A DNA stretch of 64,000 bases from a virus. The notes under the pieces are model-generated. The model was not told where the DNA came from. It saw only the letters and a program-made list of their open reading frames with translations, and made no database searches. The stretch lies in IMG/VR virus record IMGVR_UViG_3300019762_000001, positions 1 through 64,000 of that record; one strand, written 5' to 3'. Shown one piece after another: positions 1-9,761 of this stretch (within the stretch, counting starts at the first letter, position 1; each line of letters starts with the position of its first letter). The position numbers and the translations under genes were made by a program.

Positions 1-125
1 ATGCTGGGGTGGGCATTGACCTCTTCCACGGTATAGCACTTGATAGTATCCGGCAAATGTTTGTTCATGTATTTAACAGCCTGGCCTAAAGTTTTAGGTA
101 ATCTGGGTTTGAATAGCTTAAGCAT
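1..125 (-). CDS. hypothetical protein, truncated by the window edge (MLKLFKPRLPKTLGQAVKYMNK...)
   Basis: ATG at 125 overlaps the stop of the upstream small ORF (ATGCTTAA), AGGAG just upstream; frame open to position 1. Confidence 0.5.
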   Translation of the reverse strand, partial: MLKLFKPRLPKTLGQAVKYMNKHLPDTIKCYTVEEVNAHPS

Positions 126-246
126 TGTCAGCTCCTTTCCCCTTATCCTCGGTGGTATTAAAAGCCTCGAGTTTACCCCTTAACTTGGCTTCCTCAGGGG
201 CCCAAGCTGGGTTCCAGGCAAAGCCATGCATGTTGTACCTTTTCAT
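118..246 (-). CDS. small hypothetical protein, 42 aa (MKRYNMHGFAWNPAWAPEEAKLRG...)
   Basis: hand-translated ORF just downstream of the promoter at 272-302, A-rich leader. Confidence 0.55.
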   Translation of the reverse strand: MKRYNMHGFAWNPAWAPEEAKLRGKLEAFNTTEDKGKGADNA

Positions 247-271
247 TTCTTTATTTTATTTATAGTTTACA

Positions 272-302
272 CAAATATAATAACAAAAATAACCCAGTGG
301 TG
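272..302 (-). promoter_or_regulatory. Bacteroidota sigmaA-type early promoter (-7 box; -33 degenerate)
   Basis: TATATTTG plus the CACTGGGTTAT spacer motif shared with the other copies. Confidence 0.65.
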
Positions 303-322
303 ATTTCCTATAATCTAACCCA

Positions 323-778
323 CTAAAGTTTAGAGCATTCATCTATTCTGCGGAATTTATTAGCTACTTCCTTGAGTTCTTTGGTTAACAGAATCTTCCT
401 TAGATCCTCTGAAACATTAATAGAGTATGTGGCATGGGAAAGTACATGATATAATTGTTGTATAACCTGCTTATCATCATAATAGGCTTTTAAATCCCCG
501 CACCATAGGGGCATTACAGAAAAGTCGAGATCAGCCCCTAGGAGATTAGCTCCTTGGAGATTAGCCCCTCTGAGATCAGCTCCTCTGAGATTAGCATCTT
601 GGAAATTAACCCCTATGAGATTAGCCCCTCTGAGATTAGCCCCTCTGAGATCAGCTCCTCTGAGATCAGTACTATGGCTAGGGTTATAACTAAAGCAAAA
701 TGATTGGTACCTATTAAAGGTTTTGGTATCCCCCTGCTTTAAGATGGAGATTAGACGGGTTTTTAGGTCTTTTTTCAT
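323..778 (-). CDS. pentapeptide repeat protein
   Basis: about 10 A(D/N)LxG repeats; start moved to MKKDLK (778) because the longer ORF runs through the promoter. Confidence 0.9.
   Translation of the reverse strand: MKKDLKTRLISILKQGDTKTFNRYQSFCFSYNPSHSTDLRGADLRGANLRGANLIGVNFQDANLRGADLRGANLQGANLLGADLDFSVMPLWCGDLKAYYDDKQVIQQLYHVLSHATYSINVSEDLRKILLTKELKEVANKFRRIDECSKL
526..669 (-). repeat. 15-bp tandem repeat encoding pentapeptide units
   Basis: repeated gagat(t/c)agc(c/t)cctct units. Confidence 0.9.
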
Positions 779-802
779 ATCTATTTTTATTGTTTGTTTA
801 TA

Positions 803-833
803 CAAATATAAGAACAAAAAAATCCCGATGCAA
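803..833 (-). promoter_or_regulatory. sigmaA-type early promoter
   Basis: TTG-N20-TATATTTG. Confidence 0.8.
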
Positions 834-845
834 CACACCGGGATC
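813..845 (-). terminator. intrinsic terminator overlapping the next promoter
   Basis: ATCCCGGTG...CATCGGGAT hairpin followed by a T run, after the 875-1753 gene. Confidence 0.65.
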
Positions 846-874
846 CAACCATTCTTCTAGCCTTTTATTATACT

Positions 875-1753
875 CTATTGATCTATATACTGATCTTCAT
901 CGAGTTGTTCTTCTACCTCTCTTCTATTCTCATGAGATTTTCTTTTAACTGCCTTCTTTTTGGGAGCTTCTAATACCTTTTGGGTGATCTCATTGATTAC
1001 CTCAGCTTCCTGGTCCTCTTCCTCATCCCTATGAATAGGTACTCCGCCCGGGGTAAGCTTAAGGAATGTATTCTTATCTCCCTCAATATTCTGGCCATTA
1101 TAGTTTACCTCTGGGGTACCCAATTCGATATCATATTCCTCATATAGGGATTTCATCTTAACCTCATCCTCTTTTAATGGCTTAGCAGCTTCTGGGGCAT
1201 TAAGCATTGCAATTGCATCCTCAGTGGTAAGTACATCAGCATCCTCTGTCTGTTTTGGTTGAAAGATTTGTATCTTAGTGGATGTATCCTTAAAGAAATT
1301 GGAGTATACTTCACCGATGGATTTAGTGGAATCGAAAAGGTTTTTCATGGCCTTATTTACCTCTGCTGATATAAAGGGTTTATATACTCCGCCCTGTGCC
1401 GCAGCTAATAGGTCATGTTGGTTTTTGGCCTTACCGTAGTTATCCATTGTGGCCTGAATAGAAAGGGCAGCAAGAGTTTCTAGGGTACCCCCAAGGTTAT
1501 CAGCGGATACTAATCCAGATATAGCTCTGGCACCCTCTGACATGTAGGGATATAGTTCACTAAGTGGTACCTGGATGGTATGTGATAGCTGTTGTAGGTT
1601 CATGGATTGTCCCTGATAATGTAGTCCATCCATCACGTATTGCTGCATGAAATACCTAAGGACTTTGTCCCTATCCTCTTGTGATTTTGTCTTCTGATAT
1701 TGCATACTTAAGTGGGTCATCCCAAGTGGTCTGGGTACTCGTTTTTCTTCCAT
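875..1753 (-). CDS. hypothetical protein, 292 aa, helical with charged C-terminus
   Basis: long ORF with A-rich leader; no catalytic motif recognised. Confidence 0.8.
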   Translation of the reverse strand: MEEKRVPRPLGMTHLSMQYQKTKSQEDRDKVLRYFMQQYVMDGLHYQGQSMNLQQLSHTIQVPLSELYPYMSEGARAISGLVSADNLGGTLETLAALSIQATMDNYGKAKNQHDLLAAAQGGVYKPFISAEVNKAMKNLFDSTKSIGEVYSNFFKDTSTKIQIFQPKQTEDADVLTTEDAIAMLNAPEAAKPLKEDEVKMKSLYEEYDIELGTPEVNYNGQNIEGDKNTFLKLTPGGVPIHRDEEEDQEAEVINEITQKVLEAPKKKAVKRKSHENRREVEEQLDEDQYIDQ

Positions 1754-1856
1754 TTCTTGTTTGTTTTATAGTTAAAATGTAACTAAAGGTTGCAATAGTA
1801 GTGGTAGCTGTGGCAATAGGGTATACCCTTAGGTATAGTCTATAAACAGGTAACTC

Positions 1857-1897
1857 TAAAATAGCCAGCACCTTAGAGAGGATACTGGCTATAAAAA
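1857..1897 (-). terminator. intrinsic terminator
   Basis: ATAGCCAG/CTGGCTAT inverted repeat followed by a T run on the - strand. Confidence 0.6.
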
Positions 1898-1938
1898 CAA
1901 ACTTCAAACTTATAGAAAAACAAACTAAATATTTTGTG

Positions 1939-2217
1939 TTATGGGTTATCCCCGTGATAGCTAGTGATAGCATCTGCCCCGAAGTTGAACTGAGAAAAGT
2001 AATCATCGATCTGTTCCCTTACCTCTCCCTCGTTAAACATCTCTGAAAATTCCCAGTTAAGCTTAGCATTAGAGGTATGGAGATATAGGCTAAACTCATC
2101 CATCCTTACCAATTGGGCCCTGTCAAAAGGGATTAGTGTAATAAGCTCCTCATCGTTGGATCTAATAATGAAAGCATCATGTTTGAGGATTGTGGTACTA
2201 TTGTTGTTATTACTCAT
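1939..2217 (-). CDS. hypothetical protein
   Basis: ORF; start MSNNNN at 2217 is coupled to the upstream stop. Confidence 0.7.
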   Translation of the reverse strand: MSNNNNSTTILKHDAFIIRSNDEELITLIPFDRAQLVRMDEFSLYLHTSNAKLNWEFSEMFNEGEVREQIDDYFSQFNFGADAITSYHGDNP

Positions 2218-2533
2218 CTTCTTCCCCCCCTTTTGGTAGTTGAACATAGGATGTTTGTTTCTGAAGTTCCAGCAGTTTCATCCCATCTGGGTCTGTAAGG
2301 GCAATGATGAATGTGCTCATGGGATGGGTAACTAAGCTAATGATGTTATCCTTATCGATTAGCTCATCATAGATGTCGCAAATGGTTTTTCTGATTTTTA
2401 GTTTGAAGATGTGTTCCTTGGATTTCATGAACTTCATCATCCTTGATTTGTGTTCCTTTAGTAATTGTTCTTCGTAAGCGTACTTAGCAGTAGGGTGGAC
2501 GAAGTTGGTAAGAAATTCTGAGTTATCAGCCAT
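2210..2533 (-). CDS. hypothetical protein
   Basis: ORF; start MADNSE at 2533 lies downstream of the promoter. Confidence 0.7.
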   Translation of the reverse strand: MADNSEFLTNFVHPTAKYAYEEQLLKEHKSRMMKFMKSKEHIFKLKIRKTICDIYDELIDKDNIISLVTHPMSTFIIALTDPDGMKLLELQKQTSYVQLPKGGEEDE

Positions 2534-2577
2534 GGTATTAAATTTTTTGTTTATTTTATTTTGTTGTTTCTTCAATA

Positions 2578-2608
2578 CAAATATAAATAAAAAATTTAAT
2601 ATATTATA
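2578..2608 (-). promoter_or_regulatory. sigmaA-type promoter (-7 box only)
   Basis: TTTATATTTGTA in an intergenic AT-rich stretch. Confidence 0.55.
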
Positions 2609-2630
2609 CTACCAAGTACCAACCCAGTTA

Positions 2631-2918
2631 CTAACCGGGTAACATCCAATAAACTAAATACCCAATTAAGGCTTGAGCAACAACTAAGATTAGGGAAAAC
2701 AATAACATCCCATATCCATGTTCTCTCCAGTAATAAGCGAATTGTTTTAGGACATCATTACTTGATAGAGAGTTTGATATGAACATGTGGTACTGTACAA
2801 AGATAATAGCATCCATCCAAAGATAACTGTAGTAATTAGTAGTTAAAAAACGTAGTATTAGATAGGTACCAATTGAAGCTTTTACTAGTGTATGGAATAT
2901 TAGGTGGGTTGATTTCAT
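2631..2918 (-). CDS. small membrane protein
   Basis: two to three hydrophobic segments in 95 aa. Confidence 0.7.
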   Translation of the reverse strand: MKSTHLIFHTLVKASIGTYLILRFLTTNYYSYLWMDAIIFVQYHMFISNSLSSNDVLKQFAYYWREHGYGMLLFSLILVVAQALIGYLVYWMLPG

Positions 2919-2935
2919 GGCTTTTAGGTAAATTA

Positions 2936-2961
2936 GAGGAGGGGTGGCGGACCCCCTCCTC
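2936..2961 (-). terminator. GC-rich hairpin, probable terminator or RNA-stability element
   Basis: GAGGAGGGG/CCCCTCCTC-type inverted repeat after the 2986-4125 gene; weak T tail. Confidence 0.5.
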
Positions 2962-2985
2962 GTTGATAGCTACTTGGTGAAAATA

Positions 2986-4125
2986 TTAACAATATTCGGC
3001 CATAATGATACCGGCACCTTGGGTTGAACTACCCACGTTAAAGGTAGCAACTACCATGGTGTCCTCGGTTAAAGGTATAATCATGTCGTTTCTACTGTGT
3101 GCAATATGGTGTAGGTCAATATTGCTGTCAGCCAAGTAAGCATCAGCATCCCCCGCTTTACCAATATCAAGGGTAGTGGTAAGACTGTCGAATACCTCAG
3201 TGATCTGTATTCTGATACCAGTTAGGCGTTTCCCACTTGGGATAGCTAAATCCTGGATATTGAAAGTAGCTGGTGATTCATGGGTAAAGGTTTGAACTCT
3301 ACACATGTTACTTTGCATATCAGTATTCACAGCCTCAATCGCAGTCTCAAGAGAATCCAAGGCACCAGATACTGTGGCATTCTCAGGAATGGTAGTACCA
3401 TTGGTGTTAGTACCAAGATTAGTTGCTCCACCTGATCCTAGGAAGGAAGTAAGGTTAGAGATATCTGTAGCCATACTAGCAAGCTTAGTATCTAAGTCTG
3501 CAAATACAGCCTGAGCAGTAGCCCCTGAAATCTGAGTAAACCCAGAATCATCCACAGATACATCTGCAGCAGTAATAGCATCAAGAGTAAATTCCCCTGT
3601 ACCAGAATTATAGGTAATACCCGATCCAGCTGAGAACATAGATCTGATTACTGCCTCTGATAAATCCGATTGTAATGCAGAGAAGTCATTTACATCACCC
3701 TGGTTGTCACCATTGTGAATATATGATCTCTTTGAATCGGTAGCAGTAGTCAGAATAACTACGTCTCCCTCTTGGAACTCAGTACCAGTGTAAGAAGCTG
3801 CTACAAAATCTGCTATAGTGGAGTGAGTTACATCCACTGTCACATCTGCAATAGCTAAGTCAGAAAGAGCAATTTCGTTGTTAACGATAGAAACTCTATT
3901 TTGACTACCAGCTGCTACTGATAATTGATCCTGTTTAGCATCTAATTGGGACTTTATAACAACCGAATCATCAACTGTTCCGGCTAAAGCTTGAATTTCT
4001 ACCAAGGCAGTTTCGGCATTGTTCATTGCCTTTACTCTGGTGCCATCGTTAATGACTTTAAAGCCACCTTTTCCTAATTCGACTTTGGCACCTAATCCGG
4101 TTAAACCATAGTTTTTGTTTTCCAT
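2986..4125 (-). CDS. putative virion fibre/decoration protein
   Basis: G/S/T/A/D-rich; 'SAGSGITYNSGTGEF' shaft-like motif, coiled coil, C-terminal beta domain. Confidence 0.6.
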   Translation of the reverse strand: MENKNYGLTGLGAKVELGKGGFKVINDGTRVKAMNNAETALVEIQALAGTVDDSVVIKSQLDAKQDQLSVAAGSQNRVSIVNNEIALSDLAIADVTVDVTHSTIADFVAASYTGTEFQEGDVVILTTATDSKRSYIHNGDNQGDVNDFSALQSDLSEAVIRSMFSAGSGITYNSGTGEFTLDAITAADVSVDDSGFTQISGATAQAVFADLDTKLASMATDISNLTSFLGSGGATNLGTNTNGTTIPENATVSGALDSLETAIEAVNTDMQSNMCRVQTFTHESPATFNIQDLAIPSGKRLTGIRIQITEVFDSLTTTLDIGKAGDADAYLADSNIDLHHIAHSRNDMIIPLTEDTMVVATFNVGSSTQGAGIIMAEYC

Positions 4126-4143
4126 GTTACTAATGTTTTAGTG

Positions 4144-4761
4144 TTAAAATGTGAGTAATTTATACTTAAACTCAAAAGCCTTTGTAGGATCTCCTGAGAT
4201 TATTAAGTTGATTGAATTGCCAGTGAGTTCCACATTATACTCTACTCCTAGTAGGTTATCATTGAAGAATCTCTCTGGCCCTATACCAATGGCTTCCCCA
4301 TTGATAATGGTAAGCTTACCAGCCTCTACCCCAGTTCCCTGCAATAAGCAGTAATCTATAATAATGGTTTTGGCAGTCGTTTCTCCCACTTTAAGAGTGG
4401 TAGAACCGGTAAATAAATGTTTGAGTATTTGCTCAGTTGGTAAGGGGCTAGAAGTTCCACAGGTATCACTATTATTTACGTTGATAGTGATGTTGTTAGC
4501 ATCTCCGGGATTTGTTGGAGTTGTTTCTCCAACCCCCAGCCAAGAGTACTTGGCATACCCCATAAAATTCTCTAACCCAAAGTCAATGACGATAGAACTA
4601 TGGGTAAGGAATACGCTATAATCAAAGTCTGTAAGGGGCTCCCTATTAAGCCCGAATACGCAGTCAACCTCGGGGAATAGCATATCAAAGGCCAAGGGTA
4701 TCTCCCATTTATCGGAGGGAGTTTTCTGTTCGAATATTTCTACGTGTTGTATCTTGCTCAT
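4144..4761 (-). CDS. hypothetical protein of the fibre-like module
   Basis: beta-rich ORF between fibre-like genes. Confidence 0.65.
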   Translation of the reverse strand: MSKIQHVEIFEQKTPSDKWEIPLAFDMLFPEVDCVFGLNREPLTDFDYSVFLTHSSIVIDFGLENFMGYAKYSWLGVGETTPTNPGDANNITINVNNSDTCGTSSPLPTEQILKHLFTGSTTLKVGETTAKTIIIDYCLLQGTGVEAGKLTIINGEAIGIGPERFFNDNLLGVEYNVELTGNSINLIISGDPTKAFEFKYKLLTF

Positions 4762-4771
4762 AACTTAATTA

Positions 4772-7700
4772 TTAAACGTAAAAACCTAATACTATCCTAC
4801 CTGTTAATGCTACTGCCCCAAAGTGGAATTGTAGGGTTTTACCCACTGGGTCATAAAGGTAATCTGGATCCTTGATAGGCCTTACCTTATTATCAGCATC
4901 CTTCTTATGTACAGATAAAATGGCTAGTTCCACATCTACCGGGATATCAAGAGGAATAGATAGTTGGACTACATTATCAAAGTCATATCTTACTATCTGC
5001 TGATAATCGAACACCTTGTTAAAAGCAGAGAAATCCATTCCTAGATCTGGTACATCACTTGAAGCAATAACCTCTTCAAAATGGATGTCGGTGTCTACCA
5101 TAGGTTTACTATCATTCACACATTCAATAAATGCCCCGTCATCTACATCTGATTTACCAAATAGAGCAATCCGATCATCTGGCTTAACACCTATCTCAAA
5201 TTCAGGCATTTTTAATAGCATAGATGAAGTATGCTTAGGGATTACTGCGGTAACATCTGAATCCGCTATTTTAGTGGATGTACTTCCATCAGAGCTAACC
5301 CTAGCGTACCAGAACTGTACGTGATAATCCGATGATTGCTCACTCCATACTCTCAGGGTAGTAGCAATAGTGGCATTACCCGATTTCTTAAACTGTATTG
5401 CACCTTCGCCCCCATTGGCTTTACTGCCAGTAATGATGTTTATAGTGGGGTCTAGTATAATATCGGCTAACCCACCATCTATTTTCCCTACTGGGAGTGG
5501 TGTATCGGCTTGATTAATGGTATATCTTATACCCGGATATCCATGAGTATCTTGTTGTAGGTGTTTATACTCTTTATCCAAATATAGATGGCCTTCTGAC
5601 AATGGGTTAGTAGAATGTAAGAAATAACCACTAAAAGGATTTAGAACATCCACTTTAAACTCCTTAAGTAGAATCTCGGCATTACCCAAATCTGATTCTG
5701 GGTAAAGGATAACCGCATAGTTAGAGATATCATTTGGGATAGTAAAATTCTCCTCCACTGTATGGAAATCATTTACCACATCCACATTAATGATCTTCTC
5801 TGTTACCAAGGCCCAACCAGTATCAAATATTGGGGCTAGGGCATTACGGGATTTAAAGATATCCTTAGTATATACATCAGGCTTACCAACATGTTTTACT
5901 AATGCCAGAATATACCCGGTTTGTTTGTTGGTTAATTCAACGGTTACTTTAATATCCTTTCCCCATAGAGCTCTCGTCTCATCTGCGGTAAAGATATGGT
6001 GTATATTAAAGTCCCCATCTATTTTAATATGGCCATTTGAGACTTCCCATCGTAATTGACTAATTGGTACAACTCCCCAGCCATCTAATTGTTGTACAAC
6101 TGAGCCCTGAAGGATAGTTTCTGCAGCTACATTCTTTTTGTTAAGGTATTGCAGGGTACATCTTGATTCTCCAAGGTAAGCAGCGGTATAATTTATATCC
6201 TGCTTAGTGTCAGCTTCATATTGGAGAAGAGCTTGGCCAGTTTTCTCAACTGAGTTTAGTGATTGGATCATTAGCCCAGAAAGGCCATCTTCTTTACTGT
6301 TGATGTAAATCTCATCCCCAGTTATATCCGTGATAACTACGCATTTAAACTCTTCTAAGCCAGAGGTATTAACTACTCCCAGTATCTCCAAGTCCCCAAA
6401 GGACTCTCCTATTTTATAATAACGCTGGGCTATCATAAAATTACCATCCTTATCCTTGATATATGTATTTTCTGCTGTGTCCCCCTCTACAGCGGTCTTC
6501 TTAATCAACATGATACGGATAATACCACTGCTCCTAGCAATGCCCTCGAAAGATACTCTCATGGCTATCATGAAATCAGTACCACCAGTAACGTTAGGAT
6601 CCTTTCCATCGTATTCCTGGATACCATAGGCCTTATTACTACGGTCCTTCTTTATCCCAATGCCATCAGCATCTATTACCACATCATCGAACCATAATGC
6701 CCCTTTATGGTATTTGTCTGTGGCTCCATAAATACCCATAATATACTCCAGATTAGAAAGGTAAGCTAAGAACCCGGGATTATGCTGTTTCTCGTAAGCT
6801 AGCCTATCTATCTCAAGGTCTACTCCCAAATCTTTATTTGGGTCACTGAATGCTCTCAGCGGGGGTAGGAGCATTATATCATTGGCTTTAAACTCTTGGG
6901 GTAATTGTGGGGCTTCTCCCTCTACCTGTGGGATAGGAACTCTTACGTTAGTGTATGGTTTTATGACTGCAGTGGTGTTATCCATTGGGTCAACCTCTAC
7001 AATAGAGCTAGGCATTACCAAATCAGTAATACCCAGTGTTAAATCTGTAGGGTCATCCCCCTGTACCCCAATACCATCATTGGTAGCCTGGTTAAGATAA
7101 TATTGGAATTCAACTTTAATACTATCACCTGGGGTTATAGTGGTAGGTATAATGATTAACCCATAACTCTCATTCCCTATAGCATAACCCTGAACAAGTA
7201 GTTTATGCACATCAGCTCCAATCTTAACCGAGCTTATATGTGAGCATAAGATTGCGGGTACCAAAAGGGCTAAATATGGATCTGCACCCGATGGGATATT
7301 AATATCTGCTGGCTCTAGCATAGTTATGTTACTGACTATCCAGGAATTATCGGATGGCTTATAATCAGATGCAATAAACCCATAGTGAGCCCTAGCACTC
7401 AAATAACCCGCAGAATCCAATTGATGTATGATATCGGGTATAGTATGGAGTTGATCTTGGAATTCAGTTTGTATCTCCCTAAAAGTATGTAGTTTATCCT
7501 TTAGAGCTGCCTCAATAGAGGCAATGCTAAGTGATAGACCTGGGACTTTCGACTTGATAATAGAGATTAACCCAGTTAGGGAATCAGGTATAAAACCAGA
7601 GAAAGCTTTAACCCAACCTCCTGTGACTTTACTCAAGAATATCATATTACCAGCTGGCACATTAATAGAGGTTGTACCAATTGACCCATCTAGGGTTTCA

Positions 7701-8236
7701 CCAGTGGGAATGCCAATAAAAACATTGTTATTACTATCCTCATTGATAAAACAGAATGGAGAATCATTAACCACTCCCATACTTGTAGCGGGTAGGGTTA
7801 TGGTTTGGCTGTTTGACTTTAACCCATAGACGGAGATATAGTAAGCCTTTTTAGCTGTACTGGGTAGTGTTGGTAAGGTATTACCCCTGTAATTATACAC
7901 CTCGTTAGGAAGTGCGGTTGGGTGGGTTTTTAATCTACCAATATCACTGGTGTTCTTAGCAATTGAATCCAGTACAGATTGTGATACACCAGCATTACCC
8001 ACTGAAGTCTCAGCCCAAATAGTCCCATTGTGGGAATAGAACTTTGAAGTGGCTTTTACATAAACTAGTTTATCTAGCTTTCTTTCATCCGAGATGTTAT
8101 CCCGGTCGGCTTCAGTCTCTACTATCTGAAGTCCACCCTTTCCAAATTTAGCATCATGAGTAGGCCATGTGTTCTGATCATCCGTGCCGGGAGTAAGAAC
8201 CGCTGATATGGGGGTACCATTTAGTATTTGTGTCAT
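4772..8236 (-). CDS. large putative fibre/appendage protein, 1154 aa
   Basis: N-terminal 'PTHDAKFGKGGLQIVETEADRDNI..LVYV' segment typical of phage fibre proteins; many beta-rich domains. Confidence 0.6.
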   Translation of the reverse strand: MTQILNGTPISAVLTPGTDDQNTWPTHDAKFGKGGLQIVETEADRDNISDERKLDKLVYVKATSKFYSHNGTIWAETSVGNAGVSQSVLDSIAKNTSDIGRLKTHPTALPNEVYNYRGNTLPTLPSTAKKAYYISVYGLKSNSQTITLPATSMGVVNDSPFCFINEDSNNNVFIGIPTGETLDGSIGTTSINVPAGNMIFLSKVTGGWVKAFSGFIPDSLTGLISIIKSKVPGLSLSIASIEAALKDKLHTFREIQTEFQDQLHTIPDIIHQLDSAGYLSARAHYGFIASDYKPSDNSWIVSNITMLEPADINIPSGADPYLALLVPAILCSHISSVKIGADVHKLLVQGYAIGNESYGLIIIPTTITPGDSIKVEFQYYLNQATNDGIGVQGDDPTDLTLGITDLVMPSSIVEVDPMDNTTAVIKPYTNVRVPIPQVEGEAPQLPQEFKANDIMLLPPLRAFSDPNKDLGVDLEIDRLAYEKQHNPGFLAYLSNLEYIMGIYGATDKYHKGALWFDDVVIDADGIGIKKDRSNKAYGIQEYDGKDPNVTGGTDFMIAMRVSFEGIARSSGIIRIMLIKKTAVEGDTAENTYIKDKDGNFMIAQRYYKIGESFGDLEILGVVNTSGLEEFKCVVITDITGDEIYINSKEDGLSGLMIQSLNSVEKTGQALLQYEADTKQDINYTAAYLGESRCTLQYLNKKNVAAETILQGSVVQQLDGWGVVPISQLRWEVSNGHIKIDGDFNIHHIFTADETRALWGKDIKVTVELTNKQTGYILALVKHVGKPDVYTKDIFKSRNALAPIFDTGWALVTEKIINVDVVNDFHTVEENFTIPNDISNYAVILYPESDLGNAEILLKEFKVDVLNPFSGYFLHSTNPLSEGHLYLDKEYKHLQQDTHGYPGIRYTINQADTPLPVGKIDGGLADIILDPTINIITGSKANGGEGAIQFKKSGNATIATTLRVWSEQSSDYHVQFWYARVSSDGSTSTKIADSDVTAVIPKHTSSMLLKMPEFEIGVKPDDRIALFGKSDVDDGAFIECVNDSKPMVDTDIHFEEVIASSDVPDLGMDFSAFNKVFDYQQIVRYDFDNVVQLSIPLDIPVDVELAILSVHKKDADNKVRPIKDPDYLYDPVGKTLQFHFGAVALTGRIVLGFYV

Positions 8237-8242
8237 TTTGAG

Positions 8243-9580
8243 TTATTTTTGTAGGGTTCGAAAAGTAGGACTACTATCGTATAATCTGTGAGGACTACGG
8301 ATGGTTGTATAGCTTACACCGTCCACCAATACAGTTGCTTTAGTCCAAATAGAGCCAAGATTGGATGGGGCTTGAGCCACATACCCAATATGGGCAGCAT
8401 CTACTGAGGGTAAGCAAATATAGAAGTAATTGGGGGGTACAGCCTGGTGTGCATAGAAATCCCCTAATGGGTTAGTTAATTCCTTATGTGTAAGGAGCTT
8501 GATAGCAGAACTAGGTATAGTATCACCATGATAAAACCCATAATAAATATCGAATTTATTACCAGGATGGGAACCACCTTGGCCCAGCACATCAACTATA
8601 ATTTGGAGGGGATTATTTGGGTCTTTATACACATCCACGTTACCCATAAACTTTATGGTATCTGCATTTTTTATCTCAGTACCTTGGTTATTAAAATACC
8701 GGGTTGGGAGATGTCTACGGGTTAAGTCAAGGTCCCTTATGACTATAGCCCCAGTCTGAATATCAAGTACAACAAATCCAAACTCTTCCCCAGAGGGTAA
8801 TACTAGGTTAGGCCTAACCTCTACTCTACCATCTGATAATGTTAGCTCCCTATTATAAAGAGCCATCTCGTTAGAGGCTATATCAGTGGGCTTTTCTCCC
8901 TTAATTAGCCTAAGTGTATCTACTATAATAGATTTACCTATCTCAGCCTTTATTGCCCAGGTACCGTCTGGTTGCTTTACCTCAAAATAATAATGGAGGT
9001 TAGTGGGGTTAAACCTTACCCTACCATCAGTCCCATAGTATTTGATTAAAGCTAAAGGATCACCACTTGCCTTTACTCCGGTATCTACTGTACCTATATA
9101 CCAATTGCCATTGGCTCCAATAGAGGGAGAAGTTCCCGAAGGCCCTCTTGCCAATAGCATTTGATCTACCCAGGCTGGTGATTTATATTTTTGTACTAGG
9201 TAATTTCCAGTGGGTTGTTTTATAGCAACCAATTCTCCCTCTGCTGGACTGGGTAGGGCGGCATCTCGTTCAGCTTCAGTATCGAAAAAATGATCCTCTG
9301 GGAGAGAGAGAACACCTGAACTAGATCCGCCCTTAAAAAAATATTCAGAAAGTTTTTGGATTAGATCCGCTCTACCGGTATGGGCAGGGGATGTAACTTC
9401 GGATACCTTTATAGTAAACCCCTTTTTCTCATACTCCGTTGGGACTATTTCTGGGGTTATTACTATGGCATCCAGTTTTTCGGGATGGGGGAAGACGTTA
9501 TAGCTTGGCAAAAAGCTGAAAGACTGAGTGCCAGACGTATAAACTACACTTCCCTTACTACTTGAGGTGAATGTACTCAT
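8243..9580 (-). CDS. putative fibre protein with short collagen-like segment
   Basis: 'GPSGTSPSIGANGNWYIGTVDTGVKASG' and 'FDTEAERDAALPSPAEG' motifs seen in phage fibres. Confidence 0.6.
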   Translation of the reverse strand: MSTFTSSSKGSVVYTSGTQSFSFLPSYNVFPHPEKLDAIVITPEIVPTEYEKKGFTIKVSEVTSPAHTGRADLIQKLSEYFFKGGSSSGVLSLPEDHFFDTEAERDAALPSPAEGELVAIKQPTGNYLVQKYKSPAWVDQMLLARGPSGTSPSIGANGNWYIGTVDTGVKASGDPLALIKYYGTDGRVRFNPTNLHYYFEVKQPDGTWAIKAEIGKSIIVDTLRLIKGEKPTDIASNEMALYNRELTLSDGRVEVRPNLVLPSGEEFGFVVLDIQTGAIVIRDLDLTRRHLPTRYFNNQGTEIKNADTIKFMGNVDVYKDPNNPLQIIVDVLGQGGSHPGNKFDIYYGFYHGDTIPSSAIKLLTHKELTNPLGDFYAHQAVPPNYFYICLPSVDAAHIGYVAQAPSNLGSIWTKATVLVDGVSYTTIRSPHRLYDSSPTFRTLQK

Positions 9581-9611
9581 GGCTATTTGTATTACGGTTC
9601 AATTAATTCTA

Positions 9612-9645
9612 CAAAAATAGGGATACCAGCCTTAGCCAATATCCC
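9612..9645 (-). terminator. intrinsic terminator
   Basis: GGGATATTGGC-TAAG-GCTGGTATCCC then TATTTTTG. Confidence 0.65.
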
Positions 9646-9705
9646 CAGAATCAAAAACAAACAATAAACAAACAAATCATTTAGTACTCACCAAGTGTTA
9701 CTATT

Positions 9706-9749
9706 TAGTAGGGGGATAGGGATTCGAACCCATGAGATTTTACCCCCCA
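9706..9749 (-). ncRNA. tRNA-like minihelix (acceptor-like stem plus T arm only)
   Basis: GGGGGG-TA-AAATCTC-ATGGG-TTCGAAT-CCCTAT-CCCCCT-ACTA. Confidence 0.5.
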
Positions 9750-9761
9750 GTGGTGGTATGC

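Noticed and set aside
875-1753. Terminase small subunit call
   Set aside because: Size and helical, charged character are compatible, but no motif or adjacent large subunit in the window supports it.
1671-2006. 111-aa - strand ORF
   Set aside because: Overlaps two better genes out of frame and runs through a terminator and intergenic region.
9611-9636. sigmaA promoter for the fibre module (TATTTTTG)
   Set aside because: TTG spacing is 17 rather than 20, the conserved spacer is absent, and the sequence is better explained as a terminator tail; not fully excluded.
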